Shown one piece after another: positions 1 through 11,220 of a stretch of 64,000 nt of DNA. The notes below the pieces were generated by a model. The model was given only the letters and a program-made list of their open reading frames with translations. It was not told the origin of the DNA and did no database searches. Numbering within the stretch: the stretch's first letter is position 1; each line of letters begins with the position of its first letter. This DNA is from an uncultured Pelagibacteraceae bacterium. Lineage in GTDB: Bacteria; Pseudomonadota; Alphaproteobacteria; Pelagibacterales; Pelagibacteraceae. The translations under genes and the position numbers were made by a program. The stretch spans positions 16,553 to 80,552 of the forward strand of contig CACPBH010000001.1 of NCBI GenBank assembly GCA_902632145.1, read 5' to 3'.

Positions 1-308
1 CCAATTCTTGAAACACAATTTAAAATCCACGCTAATTCAGTGTGTCCTGGGACTGATGATTGATTAAATATTATACTTTTACTTGGATCTAAACCAGTGG
101 CTATAAAACTAGCAACTGTTTCTAAGACATTGTTTTGTAATTCATCAGGCTTTTGAAAGGTTGTAATTGCATGTAAATCTACGACACAGTAAATACATTC
201 CATTTCTTTTTGAAGTGAAACAAAATTTTTTAGAGCTCCAAGGTAATTGCCTAAATGTAAATTACCAGTTGGTTGTACTCCAGAAAATACTAATTTTTTT
301 TTACTCAT
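1..308 (-). CDS. trpS: Tryptophan--tRNA ligase, N-terminal part (runs off window start)
   Basis: Manual translation from ATG at 308: [29 protein letters not shown] (HLGN = HIGH-type motif). Not in the ORF track because it is truncated. Confidence 0.95.
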   Translation of the reverse strand, partial: MSKKKLVFSGVQPTGNLHLGNYLGALKNFVSLQKEMECIYCVVDLHAITTFQKPDELQNNVLETVASFIATGLDPSKSIIFNQSSVPGHTELAWILNCVSRI

Positions 309-1835
309 TTAGTTTGTTTTATAGGTTTTTATTTTTAATAATCCAAATAAATAACAAGATAACAAATAAACAGTTCCAGCGAAACCTACTATAATTAATA
401 AATAAACTGACTTTAATGAGTATGTATATTCGAGGTAACTTGAATAATTATTCAGAATGTAAAAAAGCAATAAGGCCATAATTGAAGATGAGAAGAGAAT
501 TTTTAAAGTGCTATTAAACAATTTTTTTTGCAAAAATAAATAATCATTTTTTATTAATAAATATAGAAATATCAGTACGCCAATCCAAGTTGAAATAGAG
601 GTTGCAATGGGAATAATTAAAAATCCTATTTTATTAAAAAAACTAACGCTTATAATTACATTTAAAAGAACAATAAATGAAGAAATATAAAATGGTGTTA
701 TAGTGTTGTCTCTTGCAAAGAAAAAATTAGCTAAAATTTTAACTAGAGCAAATGCAATAACTCCATAACCAAAAAACATCAAAGCATCTGAGGTCATTTC
801 AACATCTTTACTTGTAAAAGATCCATATCCAAAAAGTCCATTAACTATTTCTTTTGACGCAATAATTAATCCTAGACTGGCAGGAACTGACAATAATAAA
901 GATAATTGTAAAGACTTGTTCTGTATGTTTGCAATTTTAGAATAATTTTTTGATTGAAATGCTTTTGAAAGCACAGGTAATGAAACAGTTCCTACAGCTA
1001 TACCTGCGATAGCTAAGTTGATTTGATATACTCTATCAGCATAGTATAAATAAGAAACTGCTCCAGACTGAAACGAAGCAATAATTGTGCCTACTAAAAT
1101 ATTTATTTGTGTAACGCCAGATGAGAAAATACTTGGTAACAGTTTTTTAAAAAAAAACTTTACTTTGCTAGTAATTTTTAAACTTAATCTTATATTTGGT
1201 TTATAGAAATTAAAGGTGAAAAAAATTAAGAATATCAACTGTAAAATTCCAGCAAGGGTGACACCGAAGGAGAGATATTTAGCAATATTTAAGCTCTGAA
1301 AATATGAAATTAAAATACTAATTATTAAGATTACATTTAAAATTATTGGTGCTGCTGCAGCAGCAGCAAATTTGTTATTAGAATTTAAAATGCCTGAAAA
1401 AAATGAGGATAAGCTTACAAAAAATAAAAAGGGGAAAGTAATTCTAGTAAACTCTACCGCAAGATTGAACTTTATACTATCATCTATAAATCCCGGAGCG
1501 ATTAAATAAACCAAATAGGGAGTAAATATTTCCACGAGTGTGACTACAAACAGTAAAAATAATAAAAGGAGACTTAAAACATCATCAGCAAATTTTTTTC
1601 CTTCTTTCTGGCTTTTTAGTTGAGCTGAGGTATAACTTGGTATGAATGCAGCATTGAAAGTGCCTTCAGCAAAAAGTCGTCTAAAAGTATTAGGTAATCT
1701 AAAGGCAACAAAAAAGGCATCAGCAAAAACTGAAGCCCCTAAAAATATTGCAATTAATATGTCTCTTAAGTAGCCTAAAATCCTACTAATTATTGTAAAA
1801 AAACTAAATATAGATGCTGAGGATAGTAAGTTCAT
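309..1835 (-). CDS. murJ: Lipid II flippase MurJ (MviN)
   Basis: SRILGYLRD, ADAFFVAFRLPNTFRRLFAEG motifs; polytopic membrane protein. Confidence 0.95.
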   Translation of the reverse strand: MNLLSSASIFSFFTIISRILGYLRDILIAIFLGASVFADAFFVAFRLPNTFRRLFAEGTFNAAFIPSYTSAQLKSQKEGKKFADDVLSLLLLFLLFVVTLVEIFTPYLVYLIAPGFIDDSIKFNLAVEFTRITFPFLFFVSLSSFFSGILNSNNKFAAAAAAPIILNVILIISILISYFQSLNIAKYLSFGVTLAGILQLIFLIFFTFNFYKPNIRLSLKITSKVKFFFKKLLPSIFSSGVTQINILVGTIIASFQSGAVSYLYYADRVYQINLAIAGIAVGTVSLPVLSKAFQSKNYSKIANIQNKSLQLSLLLSVPASLGLIIASKEIVNGLFGYGSFTSKDVEMTSDALMFFGYGVIAFALVKILANFFFARDNTITPFYISSFIVLLNVIISVSFFNKIGFLIIPIATSISTWIGVLIFLYLLIKNDYLFLQKKLFNSTLKILFSSSIMALLLFYILNNYSSYLEYTYSLKSVYLLIIVGFAGTVYLLSCYLFGLLKIKTYKTN

Positions 1836-1904
1836 AAAGATCTAAATTAAGCCATAAATTTATAGTGAATTAAATTTCTTTATATTACATACTCATAAAA
1901 TAAA

Positions 1905-4187
1905 ATGCCAAAGAAAACAGAAATAGATCATTATTCGGACAAAGAAGCCCTTGATTTTCATTTAAATGGAAAGTCAGGCAAAATTGAGATCAATTCCAGC
2001 AAGCCTCTTACGACAAAAAGAGATCTTTCCTTAGCATATTCTCCCGGTGTGGCTGCTCCTGTAAAGGAAATAGCAAAAAATCCTGATCTTGCTTATGATT
2101 ATACAAGTAAGGGTAACTTGGTAGCAGTAATTAGCAATGGATCTGCCATTTTAGGTCTTGGTAATCTTGGGGCTTTAGCTTCAAAGCCTGTTATGGAGGG
2201 TAAATCAGTTTTATTCAAAAGATTTGCAGATATAGACTCTATTGATATCGAGATTAATAATAACGATCCTGAGTCAATCATAGAAACAATAAAAAATATT
2301 GGAGGTACTTTTGGGGGAATTAATCTAGAAGATATAGCAGCTCCAGATTGTTTTGTAATAGAACAAAAACTTAAAGAGCTTTTAGATATTCCAATATTTC
2401 ATGATGACCAACATGGTACCGCAATTATAACGACTGCAGCACTTATTAATGCTTTGGATATTTCTAATAAAAAAATCGAGAAGGTCAAGATTGTTGTTAA
2501 TGGTGCCGGTGCGTCTGCGCAAGCTTGTGCAAATTTGTTTAAAAGTTCAGGTGTAAAAAATGAGAATATTATAATGTGTGATAGTAAGGGAGTAATTTAT
2601 AAAGGTCGAAAAAATATTGACCAGTTTAAATCAGCTTTTGCAATCGATACTAAACTAAGAACTTTAGATGAAGCGATTAAAAATGCAGATGTTTTCTTAG
2701 GTTTATCTGCAAAAGATGTTGTTTCCAAGGAAATGATAAAATCAATGGCTGCAAATCCAATTATTTTTGCTTGCGCAAATCCTGATCCAGAAATAAAACC
2801 AGAGCTAATTAAAGAAGTCAGGTCTGATGCAATTATTGCAACTGGAAGATCTGATTATCCCAACCAAGTAAATAACCTTATTGGATTTCCATATATTTTC
2901 AGAGGTGCTCTCGATGTTCGAGCTAAAGAAATAAATGAGTCCATGAAAGTAGCTGCGGCAAAAGCAATTGCACTTTTAGCTAGAGAAAACGTACCAGATG
3001 AAGTAGTTTCAGCTTATGGCGGGGATCGGCCAAGGTATGGAAAAGATTATATCATCCCCTCAACTTTTGACCCTAGATTAATAAGTGTGATTCCTTCGGC
3101 AGTTGCTGAAGCAGCTATGAAAAGTGGCGTTGCAAGAAAAAATATCACCGATCTGGAAATATATAGAGATCAACTTACCAATCGTTTAGATCCGACTATG
3201 TCTTTAATGCAAGGTATAAATGCAAAAGTGAGAAAAAATCCAAAACGAGTAATATTTGCTGAAGGTGAAGATGAAAATATGCTCAAAGCAGCTATAGAGT
3301 TTGGCAGAAACAAATTAGGCACTCCAATTTTAATTGGGGCTGAGAAAAGAATTAAAGAACAATTAAAAAATATTGGATTAGATGAAAATTATAAAATTGA
3401 TATTGTGAATTCTACAGATAAAGAGAAAAGAGAAAAATACGTAAAACATCTTTATAAAAAACTTCAAAGAGAAGGACAATTAGAAAGGGATGTAGATCGC
3501 TTAGTTCGAAATGAACGTATTGCTTGGGGTGCATCGATGATTGCTTGTAAAGATGCAGATGCAATGGTGACGGGAAATATAAGGCATTACGCTGCCTCAA
3601 TTGAAAAACTAAAAAAAGTTACTGAACCAAGACCTGGAGAAGAAATTTTTGGCATGACTATGATTACCTTAAAAGGAAAAACAATTTTAGTAGCCGACAC
3701 AAATGTTCAGGACTTTCCCTCTCCAGAAAGACTTGTAAAAGTTTCCAAATCTTGTGTACGAGTAGCCCGTTTATTTGGGTTCGATCCTAAGGTAGCTTTC
3801 TTATCTCATTCAACTTTTGGCAAACCCATTTCAAAAAATACTAAACATGTAAGAGATGCAATAGATTTATTGAAAAAACAAAATGTAGATTTTGATTTTG
3901 ATGGCGAAATGCAGCCAGATGTTGCTTTGAACCCAATTTATAAAGATATATATCCCTTTTCAAAAATAGTTGGTAATGCAAATATTCTAATTATGCCTGC
4001 TTTACATAGCGCAGCTATTTCTACAAAATTAATGAAGGTTTTCGGAGGTGGAAAGTTAATTGGTCCTTTATTAATTGGATTAGGCTCACCTATTGAGGTC
4101 GCACCTTTAAGAGCAAGTACTTCAGAAATTTTAAACCTAGCTTCTATTGCCGCATACTCCTCTGATGTTATAGATTACTCTAATTAA
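1905..4187 (+). CDS. maeB: NADP-dependent malic enzyme with PTA-like C-terminal domain
   Basis: LSLAYSPGVA, FHDDQHGTA, GRSDYPNQVNN motifs; C-terminal phosphotransacetylase-like domain (DGEMQPD). Confidence 0.95.
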   Translation: MPKKTEIDHYSDKEALDFHLNGKSGKIEINSSKPLTTKRDLSLAYSPGVAAPVKEIAKNPDLAYDYTSKGNLVAVISNGSAILGLGNLGALASKPVMEGKSVLFKRFADIDSIDIEINNNDPESIIETIKNIGGTFGGINLEDIAAPDCFVIEQKLKELLDIPIFHDDQHGTAIITTAALINALDISNKKIEKVKIVVNGAGASAQACANLFKSSGVKNENIIMCDSKGVIYKGRKNIDQFKSAFAIDTKLRTLDEAIKNADVFLGLSAKDVVSKEMIKSMAANPIIFACANPDPEIKPELIKEVRSDAIIATGRSDYPNQVNNLIGFPYIFRGALDVRAKEINESMKVAAAKAIALLARENVPDEVVSAYGGDRPRYGKDYIIPSTFDPRLISVIPSAVAEAAMKSGVARKNITDLEIYRDQLTNRLDPTMSLMQGINAKVRKNPKRVIFAEGEDENMLKAAIEFGRNKLGTPILIGAEKRIKEQLKNIGLDENYKIDIVNSTDKEKREKYVKHLYKKLQREGQLERDVDRLVRNERIAWGASMIACKDADAMVTGNIRHYAASIEKLKKVTEPRPGEEIFGMTMITLKGKTILVADTNVQDFPSPERLVKVSKSCVRVARLFGFDPKVAFLSHSTFGKPISKNTKHVRDAIDLLKKQNVDFDFDGEMQPDVALNPIYKDIYPFSKIVGNANILIMPALHSAAISTKLMKVFGGGKLIGPLLIGLGSPIEVAPLRASTSEILNLASIAAYSSDVIDYSN

Positions 4188-4762
4188 AGTTTATTACGGC
4201 TTAATTCTGAGGCTAAATATATTGAGGGAAAAATTTCGTTAACGTCATAGATTTGATTTGCTTCGTTAATAACTTCGTCTTTTTCCTCTGTATCCATAGC
4301 AATTCCAAAAATATAAATATTTTTGTTAATTGTTTCTAAAGTATAATTTCTCGCTTTTGTTTTTTTGTTAAATATCAAGGCTGATCTTAGTTGACTCGTA
4401 ATTAAGATATCCTTTGCAGTGCTTTTAAAGTTACTTTGCCCTTTAATTATAATAGCATTTTTGACCGAGCGAACACCTTTGGTTTCCCAGGCCATTTTTG
4501 TAATTTTAATTTTCTCCTCTGGTTCATTAACTTTCCCAGATAAAAAGATTCTCCCATCAATTACTTTTGATTGGATAGAAAGAAAATACTTTTTATCTTT
4601 TAATGCTAATCTTGCTGATAGATTTTTTTGCATAATTGTATCATCTATTTGCATCCCTATAGTTCTAGGGTCAAAGGTAATATCTACGCCAGTACCAAAT
4701 CGACCTATTGAGGTACAAGAAAATAAAAATAAAATTATTAAAATACTAATTATTTTTTTCAT
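4184..4762 (-). CDS. BON-domain lipoprotein (DolP/YraP-like)
   Basis: Lipobox LFSC, DPRTIGMQIDD motif, two BON-like repeats, next to rsmI. Confidence 0.85.
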   Translation of the reverse strand: MKKIISILIILFLFSCTSIGRFGTGVDITFDPRTIGMQIDDTIMQKNLSARLALKDKKYFLSIQSKVIDGRIFLSGKVNEPEEKIKITKMAWETKGVRSVKNAIIIKGQSNFKSTAKDILITSQLRSALIFNKKTKARNYTLETINKNIYIFGIAMDTEEKDEVINEANQIYDVNEIFPSIYLASELSRNKL

Positions 4763-5585
4763 TTTTAATTTTTAAGCAAAGTTGATAAATTTTTTTTTTA
4801 TTAATTTTTTCAGATTGATAAATTAAATCAACTGTGTCTTTTAAACTATATTTTTTTAAATATTTCCTAGCTTGTATTGATATTTTTTTATCATCAAATT
4901 CCTTAATCTTATTATTAATCTCCGATATTACAACCGTGAGTTCTCCTTTAAATGAATTTTTAAACAATTTAAGATTTTTAATCTCTTCTCTAAAAAAAGT
5001 CTCATGAATTTTTGTTATTTCTCTACCTATCATTATTTTTCTGTCCGGAAAATAATTTTTTAAGCTCTTGATATAAAAATTAACTTTTTTGGCTGAGATG
5101 AAGATAACAATAGAAAAAGAAATGTTGGATAAATCTTTTAAAACTTTGTTAAGCTCATTTTCTGTTTTTGGTAGAAAACCATAAAATAAAAATTGATCAC
5201 TAAAACCAGATACGCACATCGCTGAAGTAATGGATGAGGCTCCAGGTATAGGAACAATATTAATCTTATTTTTTATACATTCATTTACTAATAATCTTCC
5301 TGGATCTGATAGCAAAGGTGTTCCAGCATCTGAAATTAAAGACAAAATTTTGCCCTGATTAATATGTTTTATAACCTCTATAGTCTGTTTTTTTTCATTA
5401 AATTTATGACACGAAATTAATTTTTTTTTAATTTTTAAATGATTAAGTAGCTTTATGGAATGCCGAGTATCTTCACAAATTATAATATCAGAATTTTTTA
5501 ATACCTCAATCGCTCTCAATGTTATATCATCTAAATTTCCAATAGGTGTTGAAACAATGTATAAACTGTTTAATTGATGTTTCAT
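4746..5585 (-). CDS. rsmI: 16S rRNA (cytidine1402-2'-O)-methyltransferase
   Basis: LYIVSTPIGNLDDIT, CEDTR, SDAGTPLLSDPG, REITKIHE motifs. Confidence 0.95.
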   Translation of the reverse strand: MKHQLNSLYIVSTPIGNLDDITLRAIEVLKNSDIIICEDTRHSIKLLNHLKIKKKLISCHKFNEKKQTIEVIKHINQGKILSLISDAGTPLLSDPGRLLVNECIKNKINIVPIPGASSITSAMCVSGFSDQFLFYGFLPKTENELNKVLKDLSNISFSIVIFISAKKVNFYIKSLKNYFPDRKIMIGREITKIHETFFREEIKNLKLFKNSFKGELTVVISEINNKIKEFDDKKISIQARKYLKKYSLKDTVDLIYQSEKINKKKIYQLCLKIKNEKNN

Positions 5586-5588
5586 GAT

Positions 5589-6743
5589 ATGAAAAAAAAA
5601 ATTGTAATTTTTTTATCTTATATAATTTTATTTTTTAATTCTAATCTTTCAAGTGATGAAAATAATAAAAAACTTAAAATCGGATTATTGGCCCCGTTAA
5701 CAGGAGAATACGCGGATTTGGGGAAATCTTTACTTTATTCATTACAATTAGCTTTAGATGAAATTAACGATAACGATGTTTTTATAATTCCTAGGGATAC
5801 TGGTTTCAGAAATAAAACAAAACTTAATTTGGCTATCGAAGAAATTAGAGATGAGGGAGTAAATATAATTATTGGACCCTTGAGCAATGAGGAATTTGTG
5901 GAAGTCAAAAAATATAATGATCTTATTTTTATCTCACCTTCAAATATTTCACCAGAATTTACGAATAACATTATAAGTGTTGGAGTAAGTTTAGAGTCTC
6001 AATTATTATCTTTAAAAAATTTCATAAAGAAACAAAATAAGAAAAAAACTGTAATAATGTTTCCTGAAAATGAATACACAAAGTTCATTGAGCAAAAACT
6101 AGATAAATTAGGTTTAAATGATTTTAAAATTTTTAAATATAACCCTGATCCGCAAGTTCTAACTGGGGAAATAGAAACTTTAACAAATTACTCACAGCGA
6201 AAAAAAAATTTAGAGCTAAGAAAAAAAATATTTCAGGATAAAGAAGATGAACAATCAATCAAAGAACTGGACAAACTTGAACAGCTTTATACTTTAGGAA
6301 ATGTTAACTTTGACTCTGTTATAATAATTGATTTTGGAAATAATCTTAAAAGTGTTTTAACATCTTTAGTATACACAGATGTTAATCAACAAAATGTACT
6401 AATTACTTCCGTTAATCAATGGTTTGATGAGAGTATTTTTTATGAAAATACAATTAAAACTCTTTACTACCCCTCAATAGACTATAAAGAGTTCAAAAAG
6501 TATAATAAAAAATATTTTAAAAAATTTGCTTCTTATCCAAATGAAATAACAATTTTGACTTACGATGCATTGGGATTGATTTATTATGCTTGGAAAAAAG
6601 GTGGTAAAATAAATTCTACTAACGATTTTTTATTCAAGAATAAAATTAAAGGAAAGATAGGAACTTTTAGCTTTAAAGATAGAAAAGTGACTCAAGATTT
6701 AGACATATATAAAGTTGAAAATAAAAAATTTATAAAGTTTTAA
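5589..6743 (+). CDS. Periplasmic binding protein-like / PBP activator (LpoA/LppC-like)
   Basis: Signal peptide from ATG 5589 (MKKKIVIFL...), KIGLLAPLTG and IIGPL motifs of the type I PBP fold; divergent from rsmI as in other proteobacteria. Confidence 0.7.
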   Translation: MKKKIVIFLSYIILFFNSNLSSDENNKKLKIGLLAPLTGEYADLGKSLLYSLQLALDEINDNDVFIIPRDTGFRNKTKLNLAIEEIRDEGVNIIIGPLSNEEFVEVKKYNDLIFISPSNISPEFTNNIISVGVSLESQLLSLKNFIKKQNKKKTVIMFPENEYTKFIEQKLDKLGLNDFKIFKYNPDPQVLTGEIETLTNYSQRKKNLELRKKIFQDKEDEQSIKELDKLEQLYTLGNVNFDSVIIIDFGNNLKSVLTSLVYTDVNQQNVLITSVNQWFDESIFYENTIKTLYYPSIDYKEFKKYNKKYFKKFASYPNEITILTYDALGLIYYAWKKGGKINSTNDFLFKNKIKGKIGTFSFKDRKVTQDLDIYKVENKKFIKF

Positions 6744-7308
6744 TTTTTCTTTTGAGCTTCCTAAAAGCTTGATATCTATGATCCATTCTCATCTTCTTAA
6801 GTTTTGAAAATTGACCAAAAGTTTTTTCATATTTATTTGGTATAAAAATCGGATCGTAACCAAATCCTTTTTTTCCACGAATACTTCTAGCAATAGATCC
6901 TTTAATTTTACCAGTTACATTGATAGGTTTTTTTTGGGGATACTTGAAAGATAAACTACAAATAAAAACTGCTGACCTATCTTTTTTATGTTTCATTTTT
7001 TTTAAAATAAAGATCATTGCCTTTGAAAAACTTCCATGCCTTTTAGCAAGTCTTGCTGAATAGACTCCAGGCTTATTTTTAAGAGAACTGATGCATAAAC
7101 CTGAGTCATCTGAGATTACTGGAAAATCTACAAATTTTGAAAAAAAATTAACTTTTAATTTAGAGTTTCCGCTAAATGATTTACTTGTTTCTTTTGGACT
7201 AGGAATTTTAAGAGAGACTGGTGAAACTTTTTTATATTTTTTTGATAATAAATAGGCAATTTCTCTAAATTTTCCTTTATTATGAGTACCAATTAATATT
7301 TTTTTCAT
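6730..7308 (-). CDS. rdgB: Non-canonical purine NTP pyrophosphatase (HAM1 family)
   Basis: THNKGK, DDSGL, PGVYSAR, GFGYDPIF, DHR motifs. Confidence 0.92.
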   Translation of the reverse strand: MKKILIGTHNKGKFREIAYLLSKKYKKVSPVSLKIPSPKETSKSFSGNSKLKVNFFSKFVDFPVISDDSGLCISSLKNKPGVYSARLAKRHGSFSKAMIFILKKMKHKKDRSAVFICSLSFKYPQKKPINVTGKIKGSIARSIRGKKGFGYDPIFIPNKYEKTFGQFSKLKKMRMDHRYQAFRKLKRKIKTL

Positions 7309-7351
7309 TTGTATCTAGTAATTTAATAATTATTTACTATATAGCAATCAA

Positions 7352-7924
7352 ATGGCTGAAAATAATGAAAAAAATATAGAGAAAAGTAAAGATCAAGAAA
7401 AAGATGTTTCAGATAATAAAGTTAAAGAGCTAACTGTAGAGCAAAAATTAAAAGAAACTGAAGACAAACTTCTGAGATCTTTAGCTGAAATTGAGAATCA
7501 AAGAAGAAGGTTTGAAAAAGAAATTAAAGATGCTTTTGAGTTTGGATCTTTTAATTTTGCAAAAGAAAGTTTAGCAATATTGGATAACTTACAAAGAGCT
7601 AAAATTGCTATTAAAAATGATGAGGTTCTAAAATCCAATAAAGATTTAAACAAATTTTTAGATAATATTTCTATAATCGAAAAAGATTTAATTTCTATTT
7701 TTGAAAAAAACAGAATTACAAAAATAGAAGCCAAAGGTAAAAAATTTGACCCTAATTTACACCAGGCAATGACAGAAGTTGAAGATGATCAATCAGAAGT
7801 TGGTACTGTTATCCAAGAGATACAAAATGGCTATATGTTGGGTGACAGACTATTAAGGCCAGCATTAGTGGCTGTGGCAAAGAAGAAAAAACCAAAAAAT
7901 GAGGAAAAAAAAGAGGAAAAATAG
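7352..7924 (+). CDS. grpE: Nucleotide exchange factor GrpE
   Basis: AEIENQRRR, FDPNLHQAM, GYMLGDRLLRPALV. Confidence 0.96.
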   Translation: MAENNEKNIEKSKDQEKDVSDNKVKELTVEQKLKETEDKLLRSLAEIENQRRRFEKEIKDAFEFGSFNFAKESLAILDNLQRAKIAIKNDEVLKSNKDLNKFLDNISIIEKDLISIFEKNRITKIEAKGKKFDPNLHQAMTEVEDDQSEVGTVIQEIQNGYMLGDRLLRPALVAVAKKKKPKNEEKKEEK

Positions 7925-7925
7925 C

Positions 7926-7953
7926 CTTGTAGAACTCAAAAAAACACCCATAT
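7926..7953 (+). promoter_or_regulatory. Putative RpoH (sigma32) promoter of dnaK
   Basis: CTTG-N17-CCCATAT, close to the alphaproteobacterial RpoH consensus, directly upstream of dnaK. Confidence 0.6.
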
Positions 7954-7976
7954 AAATCTCCACGAGGTAAAAAATA

Positions 7977-9902
7977 ATGAGCAAAGTAATTGGAATAGAT
8001 TTAGGAACAACAAATTCATGCGTAGCCATTATGGATGGTTCGCAAGCTAAAGTTCTTGAGAATGTAGAAGGTGCTAGAACAACACCTTCTGTAGTAGCCT
8101 TTTTGGAAAACGAGGAAAAATTAGTAGGTCAACCAGCAAAAAGACAAGCCGTAACTAATGCAGGAGATACAATATTTGCAGTGAAAAGACTGATTGGAAG
8201 AAAATTTGATGGTCCTTCAGTTCAAAAAGATATTTCCAAAGTCCCATATAAAATTGTCAAATCAGAGAATGGTGATGCATGGGTAGAAGGCAAAGGAAAA
8301 AAATACTCTCCTGCTCAAATTTCTGCTTTTGTCTTACAAAAAATGAAAGAAACTGCTGAGAAATACTTAGGTCAGACAGTTACTAAAGCTGTGATCACTG
8401 TGCCAGCTTATTTTAACGATTCACAAAGACAAGCAACAAAAGATGCTGGAAAAATTGCTGGTCTCGAAGTTTTAAGAATTATAAATGAACCAACTGCAGC
8501 TTCGTTAGCTTACGGACTCGATAAAAAAGGTGGTAAAAAAATCGCCGTTTATGATCTTGGTGGAGGTACTTTCGATATTTCAATTTTAGAAATCGGTGAC
8601 GGAGTATTTGAAGTTAAATCAACAAATGGAGACACATTTTTAGGTGGTGAAGATTTTGATGATGCTATAGTTGAATATCTAGCATCTGAATTTAAGAAAG
8701 ATAATGGTATAGATCTTAAAACAGATAAGCTAGCCTTACAAAGGTTAAAAGAGGCTGCAGAAAAAGCAAAGATTGAACTCTCTTCTGCTGCTCAAACAGA
8801 AATTAATTTACCATTCATTACTGCAGATAAAACTGGACCAAAACATTTAAATTTAAAATTTACTAGGGCAAAACTTGAAGCATTAGTTCAAAACCTGGTT
8901 GATAGAACATTAGAACCTTGTAAAACAGCTTTGAAAGACTCAGGTTTTTCAGCTGCAGAAATTAATGAGGTTGTGCTTGTAGGTGGAATGACAAGAATGC
9001 CAAAAATAATTGAGACAGTTAAAAATTTCTTTGGAAAAGAGCCAAATAAAAGTGTTAACCCTGATGAAGTCGTTGCCATGGGAGCAGCAATTCAAGGTGG
9101 GGTGCTGCAAGGTGATGTTAAGGACGTACTTCTTTTAGACGTTACACCTCTCTCTCTAGGTATTGAGACACTTGGTGGAGTATCAACAAAATTAATTGAA
9201 AAAAATACGACAATTCCAACTAAAAAAAGCCAGGTATTTTCAACTGCAGAAGATAACCAGCCTGCAGTTTCTATAAGAGTTTTACAAGGCGAAAGAGAGA
9301 TGGCTGCAGATAATAAAATACTCGGAAATTTTGAATTGGTTGGTATTCCACCAGCTCCAAGAGGAACTCCTCAAATTGAAGTAACTTTTGACATTGATGC
9401 TAACGGAATAGTAAGTGTTTCAGCCAAAGATAAAGGAACCGGTAAAGAACAAAAAATTCAAATTCAAGCTTCGGGTGGGCTTTCAGATGAAGAAATTCAG
9501 AAAATGGTTAAAGACGCTGAGGCAAATAAAGAAGCTGACAAAAAGAAAAGAGAGACGGTGGATGCAAGAAATCAAGCTGATAGTTTGGTTTTTTCAACAG
9601 AAAAAAGTTTGAAAGAGCATGGAGATAAAGTTTCAGCTGAAGAAAAAAAAGCTATTGAAAACGGTATTGCAGATCTTAAAAAATCCCTAGAAGGAACTGA
9701 TATAGAGGACATAAAGAAAAAAACTCAAAGCCTAATTCAAGTTTCAATGAAATTAGGAGAAGCAGTTTATAAAAGCCAACAAAAACCTGATGATAAAGAT
9801 AAAGGTGGCGGTGATCCAAAAGATGCGAAGCCAAGTGAAAAAGATAATGTTGTAGATGCAGATTTTGAAGACGTAAAAGAAGACAAAGAAAAAAGCGCCT
9901 AA
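7977..9902 (+). CDS. dnaK: Chaperone DnaK
   Basis: [31 protein letters not shown] motifs. Confidence 0.99.
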   Translation: MSKVIGIDLGTTNSCVAIMDGSQAKVLENVEGARTTPSVVAFLENEEKLVGQPAKRQAVTNAGDTIFAVKRLIGRKFDGPSVQKDISKVPYKIVKSENGDAWVEGKGKKYSPAQISAFVLQKMKETAEKYLGQTVTKAVITVPAYFNDSQRQATKDAGKIAGLEVLRIINEPTAASLAYGLDKKGGKKIAVYDLGGGTFDISILEIGDGVFEVKSTNGDTFLGGEDFDDAIVEYLASEFKKDNGIDLKTDKLALQRLKEAAEKAKIELSSAAQTEINLPFITADKTGPKHLNLKFTRAKLEALVQNLVDRTLEPCKTALKDSGFSAAEINEVVLVGGMTRMPKIIETVKNFFGKEPNKSVNPDEVVAMGAAIQGGVLQGDVKDVLLLDVTPLSLGIETLGGVSTKLIEKNTTIPTKKSQVFSTAEDNQPAVSIRVLQGEREMAADNKILGNFELVGIPPAPRGTPQIEVTFDIDANGIVSVSAKDKGTGKEQKIQIQASGGLSDEEIQKMVKDAEANKEADKKKRETVDARNQADSLVFSTEKSLKEHGDKVSAEEKKAIENGIADLKKSLEGTDIEDIKKKTQSLIQVSMKLGEAVYKSQQKPDDKDKGGGDPKDAKPSEKDNVVDADFEDVKEDKEKSA

Positions 9903-9925
9903 GATAAAAAATAAGGAGACGTCCT

Positions 9926-11047
9926 GTGGCTAAAAGAGATTGTTATGATGTCTTAGGTATCCCAAGAGGGGCTTCAAAAGACGATATAAAAAAAGCATAC
10001 AGAAAACTTGCACTAAAATATCATCCAGACAAAAATAAGGGAGATAAAGCTTCGGAAGAAAAATTCAAAGAAGCAAGTGAAGCTTATCACATTCTATCAG
10101 ACGATAAGAGAAAAGCTAACTACGATCAATTTGGTCATGCAGCTTTTGAGGGTGGTGGTGGAGGTGGTTTCCAAGGCTTCGGAGGTTTTGACAGTTCCTC
10201 ATTTTCCGATATTTTTGAAGATTTTTTTAGTGACTTCGGTGGAGGCTCATCAAGAAGGACTAGCAATAGAGGAAATGATTTAAGGTACGATGTCAGCATA
10301 AGCTTGGAGGACGCTTACGAAGGAACTGAAAAAAATGTTAGATATACTACTTACAAATCTTGCAAATCTTGTTCGGGTAGTGGGGCTGCAAAAGGCTCTA
10401 AACCAATTAGATGTGATTATTGTTCAGGCAGAGGAAAAGTGAGAACTAATCAAGGATTCTTTACAGTTCAACAAACTTGTCCTCAATGTAGTGGTTACGG
10501 TGAAATGATTGGAACGCCTTGTAATAATTGTAGTGGTAATGGGAAAACTCAAGCAAACGAAAACGTAACTGTTAAAATTCCAAAGGGTGTTGATGATGGA
10601 ACAAGAATTAGATTATCAGGCAAAGGTGAGGCTGGCTCAAAAGGAGGTTCAAGTGGAGATTTATATTTATTTATATCTATAGATAATCACAGTATCTTCA
10701 AAAGATCTGATGAAAATTTATACTATGAATTACCAATTTCCTTTTCTGATGCTGCTCTAGGTACTTCGGTAGAAGTACCATCAATAGATGGAGGAAAATC
10801 CAAAATAAAAATACCTGCTGGAACTCAACATGGAAAACAATTCAGATTAAAAGGTAAAGGTATGCCAATTCTAAGAAGAAGCCTATTTGGCGATCTTTAT
10901 ATAAGAGTAGTAACTCAAGTCCCGAGCTCCTTATCGAAAAGACAAAAAGAAATTTTAGAGGAATTCAGCCAGATTGAATCAAATAAACCAGATCCTGTGA
11001 TAAAAAGTTTTTTTGAAAAAGCTAAAAAATTTTGGAGAAAAACTTAA
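9926..11047 (+). CDS. dnaJ: Chaperone DnaJ
   Basis: J-domain HPD, G/F-rich region, four CxxCxGxG repeats. Confidence 0.98.
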   Translation: MAKRDCYDVLGIPRGASKDDIKKAYRKLALKYHPDKNKGDKASEEKFKEASEAYHILSDDKRKANYDQFGHAAFEGGGGGGFQGFGGFDSSSFSDIFEDFFSDFGGGSSRRTSNRGNDLRYDVSISLEDAYEGTEKNVRYTTYKSCKSCSGSGAAKGSKPIRCDYCSGRGKVRTNQGFFTVQQTCPQCSGYGEMIGTPCNNCSGNGKTQANENVTVKIPKGVDDGTRIRLSGKGEAGSKGGSSGDLYLFISIDNHSIFKRSDENLYYELPISFSDAALGTSVEVPSIDGGKSKIKIPAGTQHGKQFRLKGKGMPILRRSLFGDLYIRVVTQVPSSLSKRQKEILEEFSQIESNKPDPVIKSFFEKAKKFWRKT

Positions 11048-11052
11048 TTTAA

Positions 11053-11220
11053 ATGGAAACTGATCAAATAATATCTGCAATATTTCTTATTGCGGTCCTA
11101 GCTTTAATCTTACCTGGTTTTTTATCCACTAATAATAAGTTAAAGCAATTTATAAGTAATTTATCTATCTGGACTATAATTGTACTAGTGATTATTGTAA
11201 TGATTTATTTGATTAGATAA
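11053..11220 (+). CDS. Small 55-aa membrane protein with two predicted TM helices
   Basis: Manual translation METDQIISAIFLIAVLALILPGFLSTNNKLKQFISNLSIWTIIVLVIIVMIYLIR*; fills the dnaJ-dapB gap; TAATG overlap with the dapB start. Confidence 0.8.
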   Translation: METDQIISAIFLIAVLALILPGFLSTNNKLKQFISNLSIWTIIVLVIIVMIYLIR

